DNA from: the human T2T-CHM13v2.0 reference genome, Homo sapiens | Direction: 5' to 3' (one strand) | DNA: 64,000 nucleotides | Assembly: GCF_009914755.1 (NCBI RefSeq) | Contig: NC_060926.1 | Shown: piece after piece, positions 28,933-44,857 of the stretch | How positions within the stretch are numbered: the first letter of the stretch is position 1 | Layout of the letters: the number at the start of each line of letters is the position of its first letter | Made by a program: the position numbers and the translations under genes | The notes under the pieces: model-generated | The model's input: only the letters and a program-made list of their open reading frames with translations | What the model was told of the DNA's origin: nothing | Databases searched by the model: none

Positions 28933-30200
28933 GTTATATATATATCATACACACATATATATGTATATACACACATACACACATATAAAACAAGAATACA
29001 TAGTGATATCTCATTGAGGTTTTCATTTGCCTTTAAGTTGCCCTACCCTACTGACTAATAGTGTTGCAAATCTTTTCATGTGCTTATATGCCACCCATAT
29101 ATCTTTGGTGAAGTGTTTGTTCAAATCTTTCACCCATTTTTAAAATAAATTGGGTGCTTTGTTTTCTTATTATTGAGTTTTGAAGATTCTTTGTAAATTC
29201 TAGGTATAAACATTTCATCGGACATGTATTTTAATTTTATAGCTATTTTTCCCATTCTGTGCCTTGTCTATTCATTTCCTTAATTGTGTCTTTCAAAGAG
29301 TAGAAGTTTTACATTTTGATTAGTTCTAATTAATCAATATTTTCTTTTATGGATTGTGCTTTTAGTGTGATATCTGAAGACGTTTTGCCTAACTCAAGGT
29401 CACAAAAATTTTCTTCTATAAATTTTATAGTTTTTGTTTTAACATTTAATTTAAATCTATTTTTGTGTGTGATGTGAGGTATGTGCCAATTCATACATTC
29501 CTGTATGAATGTCAGATTGTCCCACCACAATTTATTGAAAATATGATTCTTTCCCTATGAAATTACTATGGTCAATTACAATCAATTGACCATGTATATG
29601 TGGCTGTGTTTCTGGACTCTCTCTTCTGTTCTAGCAGTCTCTCCTTTTACTAATATAACATAGTTTAGATTAGTGTTGTTTCATAGGAAGTCTTAAAAAT
29701 CAAGTAATGTAAGACCTTACAACTTTGTCCTTTTTCAAAATTGTGTTGGCTATTCTACCTTCTTGGCTTTTCTGTATACATTTTAGTATCAGCTTGTCTG
29801 TTTCTATAAAATATCCTGTTGTGATTTTGATTTTAGTTGAATCATTAGATTAATTTGTGGATAATTAGTAACAACGTTGAGTCTTTGAATCTCTGAGCAC
29901 AGCATCTCTCTTCATTTACTTAAGTCTTCTTTGGTTACTTTCATCAATGCTTTTTAGTTTCCAGTATGCAAATATTCCATATATTTTATTAGATTTATGG
30001 CTAAGTATTTAATGTTTTTAATACTACTATGCATGGTACATTTAAAAAATTCAACTTCTAATTGTTTACTATTATTATATAGAAATAAATCTGATTTTTC
30101 TGTATTGACTTTGTATCCTAAAACTTTGTTACACTCATTCATTATTTTTTTCCAACTTCCATCCATGCTTGAATCCTTGAATTAGCATTCTGTTAGATCT
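28020..30200 (-). mobile_element. Old L1M 3' end and ORF2 remnants
   Basis: Minus ORFs 29954-30166 (KVLGYKVNTEKS...IKYLAINL) and 29330-29530 (LNVKTKTIKFIEEN) resemble L1 ORF2p. Confidence 0.8.
28785..28990 (+). mobile_element. Alu monomer (FLAM/AluJ left arm) with a (CT)(TA)(CA) microsatellite tail
   Basis: Left-arm Alu sequence only; TSD AAGAATATGTAGTG / AAGAATACATAGTG. Confidence 0.85.
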
Positions 30201-30574
30201 ATTCATTGATGGCCAGTTTTTTGTTTTGGTGACAGTGTCTGAATTTCTTTTCATAGTTATTTTAAATTTCCTGTCTGATAGTATGTGCCTGGTTTTGTTA
30301 ATTATTTTATCTCATGGTTTGTTTTCTCTTGTAACTTTTTTTTTTTAATTTGGGATATGACATATAGAATGGGAAAGACTGAGTTAAATGGAATTTATGC
30401 CTAAAAATGAGCATGCCTCTTCAACTGGTAGGTCATTCACATGGGGAATTGAATCAATCTAAGAGTTTGAGCTGGGTTGGGTTTTATTGTTGCTGTGGTT
30501 ACCTTAGGGTACCACCAACTTTAAATTCCTTTAGTATTATCTTGTGCTTAGGGTAGAGACTGAGTGGCTGGAGA

Positions 30575-31308
30575 TAAAATGGGAGAGTTCGCCAATCCTC
30601 TCGTAGGATGTGTGATAGGGATGTGGCTCATCTGTTTGGCCACCATGCACTCAAACCCCTTATGGGAGGGGAGCATACAGACAGGCAGGTGCAGAAGCTG
30701 GGGTGAGTGCTTTTGGAGCTCCGGCCCCACAGTAGCATCTAGGAGTGGGTGCTTGTGGTTCCCAAAGCCCCAGTGGGTGTGTTACAATGCTCTTTTAGCT
30801 CTGCTATCTGCAGACAGCCTAAGTGTTAACTGGCTCAGTGCCTTCTTGGTACCCAGGTTCTTGTCCGGCGTACAGGATGAATCAGGTCACACAGGCAAAT
30901 TGAAGGATGGTAAATGTGAGGGATTTTATTGCTGGATGGAGGTGGCTCACCACAGGATGGATGGGGAGCTGGAAAGGAGATGGAATGGGAAGATGATCTT
31001 CCGCTGGAGTTCAGTTGTCTTGCAGCTGATCTCCTCTCTGACCATCCCCATCTGAACTCCTCTCAACATTCAGGTGCTCCTTCTCTTCTCTTTTCTTCTC
31101 TTCTCTGCTGTGCTGCTCTTCCGCTCTTCTGCTCATGGAACCTGGGGTTTAGGGTTTATATGGGTACAAGATAGGGGGACGTGGTTGGGTGTGAAAGCAG
31201 GAATGCCTGTTGCCATTTAGGGCCACAGGTTTCCAGGCTTGAGTGTGGGGCCTTTGCCAGGGAACCACCCTCTTCTACCCATTATTTCCCTGTCTCCTGT
31301 CTATGTTA
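30575..31308 (-). mobile_element. ERV1 solo LTR, MER52/LTR27/LTR28-like
   Basis: Homologous to 122-853; TSD GAGA (30571-30574, 31309-31312); termini decayed to TA. Confidence 0.75.
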
Positions 31309-33180
31309 GAGAGATTTTCTCAATGCTCTTTTTCTACCTTCAGCTTATATCTTCTTCATATATCTACACCTCAGAGTGGATCTCTCTTCATATCCTGTCT
31401 TTGCCACATCAGCAAATGGCTATGCTTACTACTCAATGCTTGTTAGCCTGATGGTGGAGGGGATCAGGGACTGGTCCTATATTGCCTTCATCCAACCTCA
31501 GTCTTAGGTAAAACCTGTTTTACTGGATCTTGGGAGTCAAAATTTTTTTCATGCTCCTGCCTCTTTACCACTGGCAGCCAAACTGCCTTGCATTTTTTAA
31601 AGGAATTATGAGGGGGAAAATTTCCTGCCACTTCCCCAGTGATAGAAGTCCTCTAACGGCCTGGGATCCGAATGCTATATTGAGGGTGTCTCTTCCCTTC
31701 TGCCACCCCAGTGGGTTTCATCTGCATCTTGGGATTGACCGGGCTACTCCTACTCACCTAGCAGCTTAAGGCTTTCTTTCCACAGAGGCGATGGCTCCAG
31801 ACAGGGTTTGTGGATTTTCCCACTATGGCCGCCACTCCTCTCCTCTAGACATCCACCACAAAATGAGGTTTGCTAAGTCTCCCACCCTGCCCCCAACCTT
31901 TCTCTGAGTGTCTGGTGTGAGGTGGAGGTTTGTGGAGAGGAGACTGTGTGGGGCTACAGTCTTACCCTGTGTCCTTGGAATTCCTGGAGATCGTCAGAAT
32001 TGGCATTTAGCAGGTTATTAAACACTTTAGCTTACCTGTGTGGATGGCAACCAGTTCCATTTCCTTGCTGTGTCTTGAGCCAGTGCTTGCATCCCATCTT
32101 CTTGAAGGGCTTGTTTTTCCTTATATTTTAGGTTAATTGATTTCCCTGTGCTCTCAACTAGGTTCAAGAAAATTATTATTTTGTTGCTTTTTCACTTGTT
32201 TCTTGTTGATATGGAGTGATGCTCTTCCCAGCTTTCTATAAACTAGGTAGAAGTGCCTTATTCTTTCTCTCTTTATAACCTCCACACATCTTTCACTTCT
32301 TACTTGAAGCTATTGACAGAAATGCGAGTCCTTCTGATTGCATTAGGCAGAGAATTTCAGCTCTCTTTCTGTTTCATTCTCACACATTTCAGGCCATGGT
32401 TGGGTGTCCTCACTTTTCTTAACCAAAAAAAAAAAAAAAAAAACAAAACAAAATAAAACAAGAGCATATGAAGATCTTTTATAGGACTAAAGAACTATGT
32501 ACAACTTACAACAGTATGTGTTCAACTGAAAGTATAAGAAAATATACTATTTACTAAATCACTATGACACTGATTATCGTGTTGTAAGAAATCTGGAGGA
32601 AATGAGTCCCAGGGTTAATTTGAAGACCTAATGAATGACGTCCTCAATGGCACTATCTTGGAGTCACATTTCTTAGATGCAGACATCAAAATCCACTCTA
32701 GTTAATTTAAGAAGGAAAGGACCTATTATAGTAAATAGTTCATAGAATTTCTTGGAAAGCCAGGAAACAGTCTTTTTAACCAGGAACAATGCAATTAGGG
32801 CAACTGCCTCTAGGGACAATGCGCAATGAAACCACAGGGCCATTATTGATGAAGCACGCCTATAATTACCACCTACCTTGCAGCAGCTATAATTCCAGAT
32901 CCCCACCTGAGCTGATTCTGAGAACCAGATTCTTTCATCCCCGTGGATGCCAGGATATCAGCCATAGTGATCACATACACAATCCAAGTCTAACACCATT
33001 AAATCTACTTGATCAAACCAAGGTCATATGCCTCTAGCCTGGCTGCAATAGAATTTTTGAAACGTAACTTTTAGAGTTTTGAAAGTGGGGCCACATGCTT
33101 ACCTCAGGACCAGTTACTGGCAAAGGCTGTGATTCGTTCTCAAGGGCTGATATTTTCCCTCCATCAAACCGAAATTTTCT

Positions 33181-33479
<299 letters not shown>

Positions 33480-33524
33480 TTAGTAAGAAAGGGATGAAGA
33501 GGAAGGTTATTGGATATGCAAACA

Positions 33525-34560
33525 CTGTTTGTTAAATTCAAATAACTGAGTGCTAACAATGCCAGACACTGTTCTAGTTGCTTGAAATACTTCAGTAAAC
33601 AAAATGAAAATTATTCTTGCCCTGGAGGGACTTATATTCCCATGGTGGGGGGACAGACATTATTGATGAAGCATATGGTATTGATACATGTCATGCTAGA
33701 ATGTGATAAATGATTTGGAAAAGAGAAATATTAGAGCAGGGGATTGGAAGTGTAGGGGTTGGAGATGGAGGAAGAATCAAGTTATTAAGTAGGTGCTCAG
33801 GAGGGACTTCTTGAAATGTGAGATCTCAGCAAATGCTTGAAGGAGGAAAGGAAGAGAGCCGCATGACTATGTGAGGAGCAGCTCTCCGGGCTCTCTTGAA
33901 GGCCCTACGGGAGGAGTGCCCTGGCATATGAAAGGGACAGTAAGGAGGTCACTGTAGCTAGAGAGGAGCAAATGAGGGGAGATAGGAGATGAGCTCAGGG
34001 AAGGAGTGAGGAGCAGGATTATGTGGGGCCTGTGGCTCTTTGAAGGACTCTAGTTTTTAAACTGAATGAAATGGAGAGTCACTGCAGGCTTTTGAGCAGG
34101 AGAGGAACATAATCTGAATGTTAACAGGATCACTCTGACTGCCGTGTTGCCAATAGATGGTTGGAGGCAAGGGAAGAAACAGGGGCACCTGTTAGGAAAC
34201 AAATGCAGAGACAAAGATGATAAGACCAGGGAGAGAAAGTGGAGGGTGGCGAGCCGTGGTTGAGCTTTGCATGTGTTGTTAAGGCAGAGCCAGCAGATAC
34301 GCTGAGGGGGAGGGATGTGAGCTGGGAAAGAAAGAGCACAGGTTTTTGTTGTGAACAACTGAAAGGGTGGGGCTGTCAACAACTGTCATCAACTGGGATG
34401 GGAAAGCTGTGGCTGGAACAGATTTGGGGGAGATGGTGACTAGAGTTCAATTTCGGAGAGGCAAGCTAAGAGGTATCTTATAGGCAGTTGGGTAAGCTTA
34501 CTATTTGGGTGAAAAGTATGGGTTATAGATATAAATGATCTAGAAACAGTAGCAGCTGGT
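33525..34560 (-). mobile_element. L2 LINE fragment
   Basis: Purine-rich antisense L2 (TTTTGAGCAGGAGAGG..., AGGATCACTCTGACTGC). Confidence 0.7.
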
Positions 34561-35149
34561 GCCAGCTTTTCTTTTAAATAAGAGGAGCATTTTTTTTTCT
34601 GCCTGGTACAAGGCCTCCAAACTAAGAAAATCATTTGATACTTTCCAAAAGCAACTGTGCTTTCAGACATTGAAACACATTTTTATTTTCTTGAGAGATC
34701 TAATCAAGATAAAATAACAAAGAATTGTTAACAGCATTAAAGATCCGTAATATATTTGTTCTTTATTCTTTGGTCTTCCATCTGAGTTTTGAGGGGAGGC
34801 AGGATGTTGTAGTATTAAGGGTGTGAGCTCTGGCATGAGACAGAGCAGGGTTTGAGTCCAGGTTCCACCGTGTAATAGCTGTGTGGCCTTGGCAAATTAT
34901 TTAACTTCTATCAACTTCAAGGTCAGGAGTATTTATAGCACCTACCGTCATTAATGTTTTTTAAATACTATTTTTACCTAGCACCTATCAGTATGCCTGG
35001 CAATTCATTCATTCAGCAGATAATGATGCCTACCTATCATGTGCCAGGCATTGTGCTAGGTAATGAATATACAACTATAAATAACACAGACTATCCTTGG
35101 CCTTCTGGAAATTACCATTTAGGAAGCAAGCAATTTTTCAAAGAAGAAA

Positions 35150-35900
35150 CTGGAATGTTCAGTAAGCTTGTGAGAACCTGCTCACTCTCACTGATGTTTG
35201 GGGGAGGGTGGATGCAAATTAAACTCACAGTGAGATATCACTTCACATCCATTAGCATGGGAAAAAAAGTAATAATTCCAAAGTTTGTTGAGGGCAATGG
35301 TGGAAACAAGAGGTCTTTTTCAGTGAAGGTAGGAATTCAAATTGTGCAACCACCTCAAAGATCAACTTGACAATATTAGTGAAGTGGAAAACACATGTCC
35401 TCTACAACCCAAAATTTCCACTGCAGGACTGTGCACCGGAAAAACTCTACACATGCACTCAGGGTGACATGCACAGGATATTCACAGCAGCACTTGTAGT
35501 GGTAGCAAAAAAGTGGAAGCAACCTAAAAGTCCACCAGTGGGGGATTCAAACAACCGAATAATATTCAGAGGTTAAAAATGAATGAACTACATAGGTCAA
35601 TGTGGAACAATTTCTAAAAATACAACAAAAAGTAAGTTGGAAAATATAATATTCTCTGTCTGATTAAAACATCACACAAAATAGTGTATTATTATACAGT
35701 AAAACATTAAAACATACAAGGAAAGGAGGAAAAAGATGAATACAACTGGAACAAGGAGGGAAGGTTTAGCTGCATCTGTGATGATTTATTTCTTAAAAAA
35801 AAGAAACAAACATGACAAAATGTGTCTATTAAATCCAAAGACTTACACAAGTGGCTGATATGTATTTTTCTGTATGATTAAAATATTTCATAACCAAACA
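35150..35900 (+). mobile_element. L1ME-like 3' fragment
   Basis: ORFs 34954-35370 and 35367-35576 contain L1 ORF2 C-terminal-like MQIKLTVRYHFT and MHRIFTAALVVVAKKWKQPK. Confidence 0.65.
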
Positions 35901-35909
35901 TTAAAAACT

Positions 35910-36740
35910 CCTTTTTTCTGTGGTAAAATATATATAATGTGAAATTTACTATTTTAACCATTTTAAGTGTACAGTTCAGTAGTATTAAAGCACATTCACA
36001 TTGTTGTACACTATCACTATAATCCATCTCCAGAACTTCTTTCATCTTCCTAAACTAAATCTCTGTATCCATTAAGCACTATCTCCCTGATATGGTTTGG
36101 CTGTGTGTCCCCACCCAACTCTCATCTTGTAGCTCCCATAATTCTCACGTGTTGTGGGAGGGACCCGGTGGGAGATAATTAAATCACGAGGGCGGGTCTT
36201 CCCTGTGCTGTTCTCATGATAGTGAGTGAGTCTCATGAGATCTGATGGTTTTTAAAAGCGGAAGTTTCCCTGCATAAGCTCTCTTTGCCTGCTGTCTCCA
36301 TGTAAGATGTGATGTGCTCCTCCTTGCCTTCCACCATGATTGTGAGGCCTCCCTGGCCATGTGGAGCTGTAAGTCCAATAAACCTCTTTCTTTTGTAAAT
36401 TGCCCAGTCTCAGGTATGTCTTTATCAGCAGCGTGAAAATGGACTAATACATTCCCCATTCCTCCCTCTTTCCAGACCCTGGCAACAACCATTCTACTTT
36501 CTGTCTGTATGAATTCAACTACTCTGCATATCTTGAATAAGTGGAATCATACTATATTTGCCCTTTTGTGACTGTTTTATTCACTTAGCATAATATCCTC
36601 AAAGTTCATCCACGTTGTATCATGTGTTAGAATTTCCTTCCTTCTTAAGGCTGAATAATATAACATTGAATGTATATGTACAAACAGATTTTGTTTATCC
36701 ATTTATCTGTTGACAGACACTGCTTCTTCCTTTTGGGTGA
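35910..36740 (-). mobile_element. L1MB-like 3' end (interrupted by THE1)
   Basis: CCATTTTAAGTGTACAGTTCAGT...CATCTCCAGAAC...CTGGCAACAACCATTCTACTTTC. Confidence 0.8.
36088..36451 (+). mobile_element. THE1 (THE1B-like) solo LTR
   Basis: TGATATGGTTTGGCTGTGT...GGACTAATACA, AATAAA, 5-bp TSD CTCCC/TTCCC. Confidence 0.92.
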
Positions 36741-36984
36741 CATAATTTCACATTTTGTGTGACAAAATTAAACAATTCAAATAAAAATAAAGTAAAATGA
36801 CAGGAAAATTATAGAGGCAAAAATAAAATGTGTGTCGCATATGTGAATGTGGTGTGTTGAGTTTTTCACAGTTGAGGAGGAGTCTCCTTGTCCCTCACAT
36901 GGCATGGTGGCATGGACCATTCACGCCAGCAGGCTGTATCCCCTGTCAGAGGCAGGGCTGGCTGTGGGTGGCAGCTGCACTCTG

Positions 36985-37085
36985 CTACCTGGGCTTCTGC
37001 ATCTGCTCCTCCTTGAGCCGCTGCTCCCACAACATGCGATGTTCTGGCTTAAGCCGAACAGCTTCCTTCTTCGTTCTTGTTGAAA
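36985..37085 (-). other. Candidate exon (unidentified), possibly coding STRTKKEAVRLKPEHRMLWEQRLKEEQMQKPR*
   Basis: Strong acceptor CTGCTTTCTTTCTTGGTTTCTGCCAG, GAA-rich body, several retained CpGs. Confidence 0.3.
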
Positions 37086-37601
37086 CTGGCAGAAACCAAG
37101 AAAGAAAGCAGTCTCAGGCAATTGGCAAGTAGTAAGTATTGGGACTAAGAAGTATTTGGAGCCCTTGTGCTGGCAAGCCAATTGCATTGAGGCAGCCCCA
37201 GTCCCACTCAATTCTTGCTCACATTCCCCATGCCTTTTGGCATCATGCCTCATCACTACTGCTCCCCTAAGTGCTTCCAGATGCCCTCCATCAGGGGCTT
37301 CTCAGACTGAGAGCATTAGACTGCTGCCTCGCTACCAACGCTACTCAGAACCACAGTGTATTATATAAGACAGAGAAAAGCAGAGCTGCCCTGTGGGGTT
37401 AAGGGGCGGGGGCAGAGTAGATATGAGGCTGGGTATCCAAACCCCAGTGCAGCTCCAGGGAAGCCCCATTTGAAAATAGCTGCATAAGGCTAGTGATTAG
37501 AAACCCCAGCTCTAAAGCACAGGGAGGAAGAGGAGGATTGTAATCTGGAGAGGGTCAAGCTCTTCTAGGCAAGGCCAACCAGCTATTGTGAGTAAAGTAA
37601 C

Positions 37602-37621
37602 TGTGTGTGTGTGTGTGTGTG
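37602..37621. repeat. (TG)n microsatellite
   Basis: About 10 TG units. Confidence 0.9.
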
Positions 37622-38922
37622 AGTGAAGCAGGTGATATCGAACTGCTGGAGCTCCCCCTGCATTGCCAGAGCAGTTTTTTTTAGATATGTCCTCCAGACC
37701 CTTAGGGCTCCTCAGGGCACAATTTGAAAATCACAGACTTGTCTAGTCTCTTTTAATCCTGATACTCTGCAGACTGTTATCATCCCCACACAACGAAAGG
37801 TGAACCTGAGGCCAAAGCCCCACAGGTAGGAAGTGGCTGAGTCAGGAATGCTCCTTCCAAAGACAACTTTATTATCCTTCAGTAGAGACGCATACACTGC
37901 AGCAGCTTGAAGTAGGGAGGCTTCTGGAAACTGTGGGGATGAACCAAAAAGGAATCCTTTCCCATGCTGGGGAAGCCCACTCTGGCACAGAAACAAAGCA
38001 AATTATAGCTGTTGCGGAAACAGGCCAAACACGGCTGGCTGAGCCAGAAGTGGGGTTATTGCTCATCTCCTGGGATCCCATTGTGTGTAGGTCTCTTGTC
38101 CTCCCCACACCAAGCTCCGGGTCTCCTCACCCCCGTGCCAGCTGGGAGGCCCATAGGCTGCCAGGCATCTTGTAGAAACACACCAGAGCAGCCGCAGCTT
38201 CAGCTCTTCCCTCCCTGCCTTCCCTCCTGCCCCAGGGTGAAGGAGAGGGGGCTGGCCATGGGAGAGACCAGAAAACGAAGGGGAGAAATGGAAGCTGGTT
38301 TCCACAGAAAGAGATGGTTGGTGGGACCCGTGTCATATGTCAAGTTGGAGGAGCAAAGGCCAGTTGGGAGATGGCTGTGGCCTTTGTTGAAAGGTCTGCC
38401 TGGGAGCCAAGTTTCAATTTCTGGCTCCCTTTAGACAGGACCGGTTTCTCTAATAGCTCATTGAAAGGTGAGAGAAAAAGGAAAGAGCACACAAACTGAC
38501 CCCTTTAAAAATATGGCAAAACCTAAAATGTCTTTGGAAATTTCAAGAAGTCCTTGAACAGAATCATAGTTTCTTTTTTTTTTTTCTTTCCCTGAGGAAA
38601 TTCAGCATGGACCTGTCTCCCTCTTGTGGAATTAATTTTGCCTCTTGGTTGTACAGTGTTTAGTAAAATAAGAGGAAAACTTATGGGGACTTCTTGTTAC
38701 CTTGTTTCTCCATTGTCTTTCTTTGTGCAAGAAAAGACAGCAGTATTGTAATTATCAAAGAAAAAGCTTTAATTTTCTGAAATGAACAAACATTTAGAAA
38801 TAAACTTTTAATCTAACACTTTATAGTACCAAAATTCTGCCTGTAAAATCTAGTGCTTAAAGATTTAGTTTTACTTAATTCTTCAACGTTAGACAGAATA
38901 TCGTCTCCATTTTATGGTTAAG

Positions 38923-39848
<926 letters not shown>

Positions 39849-39958
39849 TAAGGAAGGTAAAAGAAGGACCATGACAAAACTAAATTTATTTTTCTTTAGC
39901 CAAACTCCAAAGTTCTTTGCAGAATTGTTAGCAACAATGACACAAGACAACAACAGCT

Positions 39959-40649
39959 TGTTACAAAAGGTAGCTAGTCGGGCATCAGCAGGGCAGGAGA
40001 GGGCATCTCCCACTCACCAGGAATGTCAGGTGACCATTGGATGATGGTCAGGCAGTTGTCACAGTACCTCTCTAATATAATAATTGGTTGCAGCCAGCGC
40101 CAGGGAGAGGCAGTTTCCCAGTACATAAAAACCCCTGAAACTGGTAATGGGCAGCTTTCAGAAATTGGGCACGTGGTCTCGAGCATGCACGTTAAGAGGC
40201 AAAATGGTGGAGTATGACCTTCCCGGCATTCCACTGGAAAAGGGAGGAAAGCCTCAGGTGAGCATGCATACAACTCCAGTAAACACACCACGCGCTCACC
40301 TCCTAGGCACCAGTAGGCTACCTCGCATGTGGGTGGCTCACCTTAAGGGAAGAATCAAGGGAAAAAGGGATCACAACACCGGAAGTGAAATGCATATGAA
40401 ATGCTAGGTTCAAGATCAAATGGGTCAGTTGACCTCCAAGTTGCCACTTGAGTCTCTTCCAAGTGTACTTTCCTTTCTTCTCTAAAGCTTTTCAGTAAAC
40501 TTCCGCTCCTGCTCTGAAACTTGCTTCAGTCTCTTTTTCTGCCTTATGCCCCTCAGTTGAATTCTTTCTTTTGAGGAGGCAAGAATTGAGGTTGCTACAG
40601 ACCCATAGGGATTTGCCACCTGTAACTCAGATAACTTCCACCAGTAACA
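39959..40649 (+). mobile_element. MER50-like ERV1 solo LTR
   Basis: TGTTACAAAAGGTAGCTAG...GCAGGGCAGGAGAGGG...CAGTAACA, TSD AGCT. Confidence 0.85.
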
Positions 40650-40712
40650 AGCTGATATTTATTAGCATTTGCTTTTCGCAAAGCATTAGGCCAAGCACTT
40701 CACCTAAATTAT

Positions 40713-41711
<999 letters not shown>

Positions 41712-42727
41712 TTATCTTACTCTTTGCAATAAAATTACTGTCTAATTTTACTAGGAAACTGAGGCTTAAAGAGGTTAAGCAACTTGTTTAAGGTCACATA
41801 ACCAATTGCTGAGGTTTAAGTTGGATTAATATCAATGATCCTAAATGGAGACTTAGGAACAAAGAATAACAGAAGCACGTATTAAATTGCTCTCTCAAAT
41901 TCTGGCCTTCAGGAGATGAGCTGAGAGAGATGTAAATAATCCATAGGGTATTTTTTTTTTCCTTCTGTGACATTTTGAAAGATAATCAGCCTATATGTGG
42001 GGTGGATCATATTTCATAATTATTTGCAAGGTTAAATTAAACATTTAAACAGAATACTTTTGATAACACAGAGAAATTACTCGTGCTATGAGATGGGCAT
42101 CGGGACTCCACTGTTAGGAGGTATGGAAAATGCCTCTTGTCAGGATTGCTCCATTACTGCTTCTAGCCACACCCATCTCATTGGGTGCGGGTTGGTAGTA
42201 GGACAGATATTACAAACCAGCATGATCAGGACATGACAAAACTTCATTGCTGATCCTAAAACCCCTGGGCTGGACAACAAGAAAGGATAGGGTAACAGAG
42301 GCACTTTTGAAACAAGTCGGTCTTTTAAATATTTACTATGGTGTCTTTGTCAATTTCCTATAAAATGTCATTCTGCTATTTTTGAACCAAATTTAGGTCT
42401 GCATACAAGACAGAATAAATAGATGCTGTTAGTGACCTCCATCAGACTGTGGAACCTTGACTGCTTTGGTGATTCTTTTCCCCATAAATTTGGCTGTGAG
42501 TCAAGGGGAGCCATTCTTGTGACATCACCAACTCATCTTCTCTGTATCACCCTTCTTCTTCTGGGTACTGTTTGGTACAATGGAGAAGAAAGCACAGGGT
42601 CCAGTTGTTGATTTTTCTGAGCCAAAATAGCTGTTATTAATTGCCAGGAAGGAAACGTAAACAGAGCAATTCCAGAGGGGTTGGTGAAAGAGGCATCTTT
42701 AAGCATGTAGATGAAAATGAAAGCCTC

Positions 42728-43118
<391 letters not shown>

Positions 43119-43751
43119 TCAATGGCTTGAACATAGCATATCAGGAAGATGCTTTTGGCACAAGAAGCCAAAAAATCCAAACTCACCTGGTTTAATAAGA
43201 AGGCCAATTTATTTTTCCTAAGAAAAAATAAGTGCTCAGGCAGCTGGTTTATTTAATTCAGAGGTGAAAGGATGTCATGAAGGATTCCATTTTTTTGTGT
43301 GTGTGTGTTCACTCTGCCATCTCATCTTGTCAGTGTCATCCCCTCGCTTGCCATACTCATAGATACAGGACAGCTGGCACAGCCCTAGGTGTTATGTGCA
43401 GACATGAAAAAGTCTAGAAGAAGAAGGGAGTCTCTCTTCTTTGAGCTTTTTTTTTTTCTTTCAAGAGTAAAGAAACCACTTTTTAACAACCCCCCAAACC
43501 CCGAGCAAATATTTGCTCATAGCCTATTGGTCAGAACTGGATCACATGCACATGCTTAATATGTGCCAGCAGGGAAGACTGCACCACCACAGTTGGCTTA
43601 GACCAATCAAGGTGTATCCCTGAATCTTGATTCAGGGGAGGGGAGTAGCCTCAGGAATGAATGCCTCTGACGTTATTTTTTAAAAGGAGCTGGGTGGGGG
43701 ATGGCCATTGTGTTGGCAACCAAAAGTACCTGTTATATGGTTTGGGATATG

Positions 43752-44857
43752 TGTTGTGGGAAGTCAGGGACCCCGAACAGAGGGACTGGCTGAAGCCATG
43801 GCAGAAGAACATAAATTGTGAAGATTTCATGGACATTTATTAGTTCCCCAAATTAATACTTTTATAATTTCTTACACCTGTCTTTACTGCAATCTCTGAA
43901 CATAAATTGTGAAGATTTCATGGACATTTATCACTTCCCAAACAATACTCTTATAATTTCCTATGCCTGTCTTTACTTTAATCTCTTAATCCTGTCATCT
44001 TTGTAAGCTGAGGACGTATGTCGCCTCAGGACCCTGTGATGATTGCGTTAACTGCACAGATTGTTCATAAAGCATGTGTGTTTGAACAATATGAAATCTG
44101 GGCACCTTGAAAAAAGAACAGGATAACAGTGATGCTCAGGGAATAAGGGAGATAACTATTAGGTCTGACTGCCTGGGAGCTGGGCAGGACAGTCATATTT
44201 CTCTTATTACTGAAAACGGGTAAGAGAAATATCACTGAATTCTTTCCCCAGTAAGGAATATTAATAATTAACAGCCCTGGGAAAAGAATGCATTCCTGGG
44301 GGAGCCTCTAAAATGGCTGCTGTGGGAGTGTCTGCCTTATGCAGTTGTAGATAGGGATGAAACACGCCCTGGTCTCCTGCAGCACCCCCAGGCTTGCTAG
44401 GATTAGGAAATTCCAGCCTGGCGAATTCTAGTCAGACCAGTTCTCTGCTCTTGAACTCTGTTTCCTGTTAAGATGTTTATCAATGACAATGCGTGCACAG
44501 TGGGACATGAAACTTCATAAGCAATTCTAGTTTCGCCCTGGCCTTGTGACCTTGCCCTGCCCATTTGCCTTGTGATATTTTATTGCCCTTGAAGCATGTG
44601 ATCTCTGTGACCCACACCCTATTCGTACACTCCCTCCCCTTTGAAAATTGCTAATAAAAACTTGCTGGTTTTATGGTTCAGGGGGCATCACGGAACCTGC
44701 TGACATGTGATGTCTCCCTCGGACACCCAGCTTTAAAATTTCTCTCTTTTGTACTCTTTCCCTTTATTTCTCAGACCAGCCGACACTTAGAGAAAATAGA
44801 AAAGAACCTACATTGAAATATTGGGGGCTGGTTTCCCCAATATCTGGCACCCTGATA
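43752..44857 (+). mobile_element. MER11 (HERV-K11/HML-8) LTR plus PBS stub and second LTR terminus
   Basis: TGTTGTGGGAAGTCAGGGACCCCGAAC...GGGGGCTGGTTTCCCCAATA then TCTGGCACCCTGATA; 6-bp TSD GATATG. Confidence 0.9.

Noticed and set aside
43807-43930. Direct repeat GAACATAAATTGTGAAGATTTCATGGACATTTAT twice
   Set aside because: As I recall, this is an intrinsic feature of the MER11 consensus
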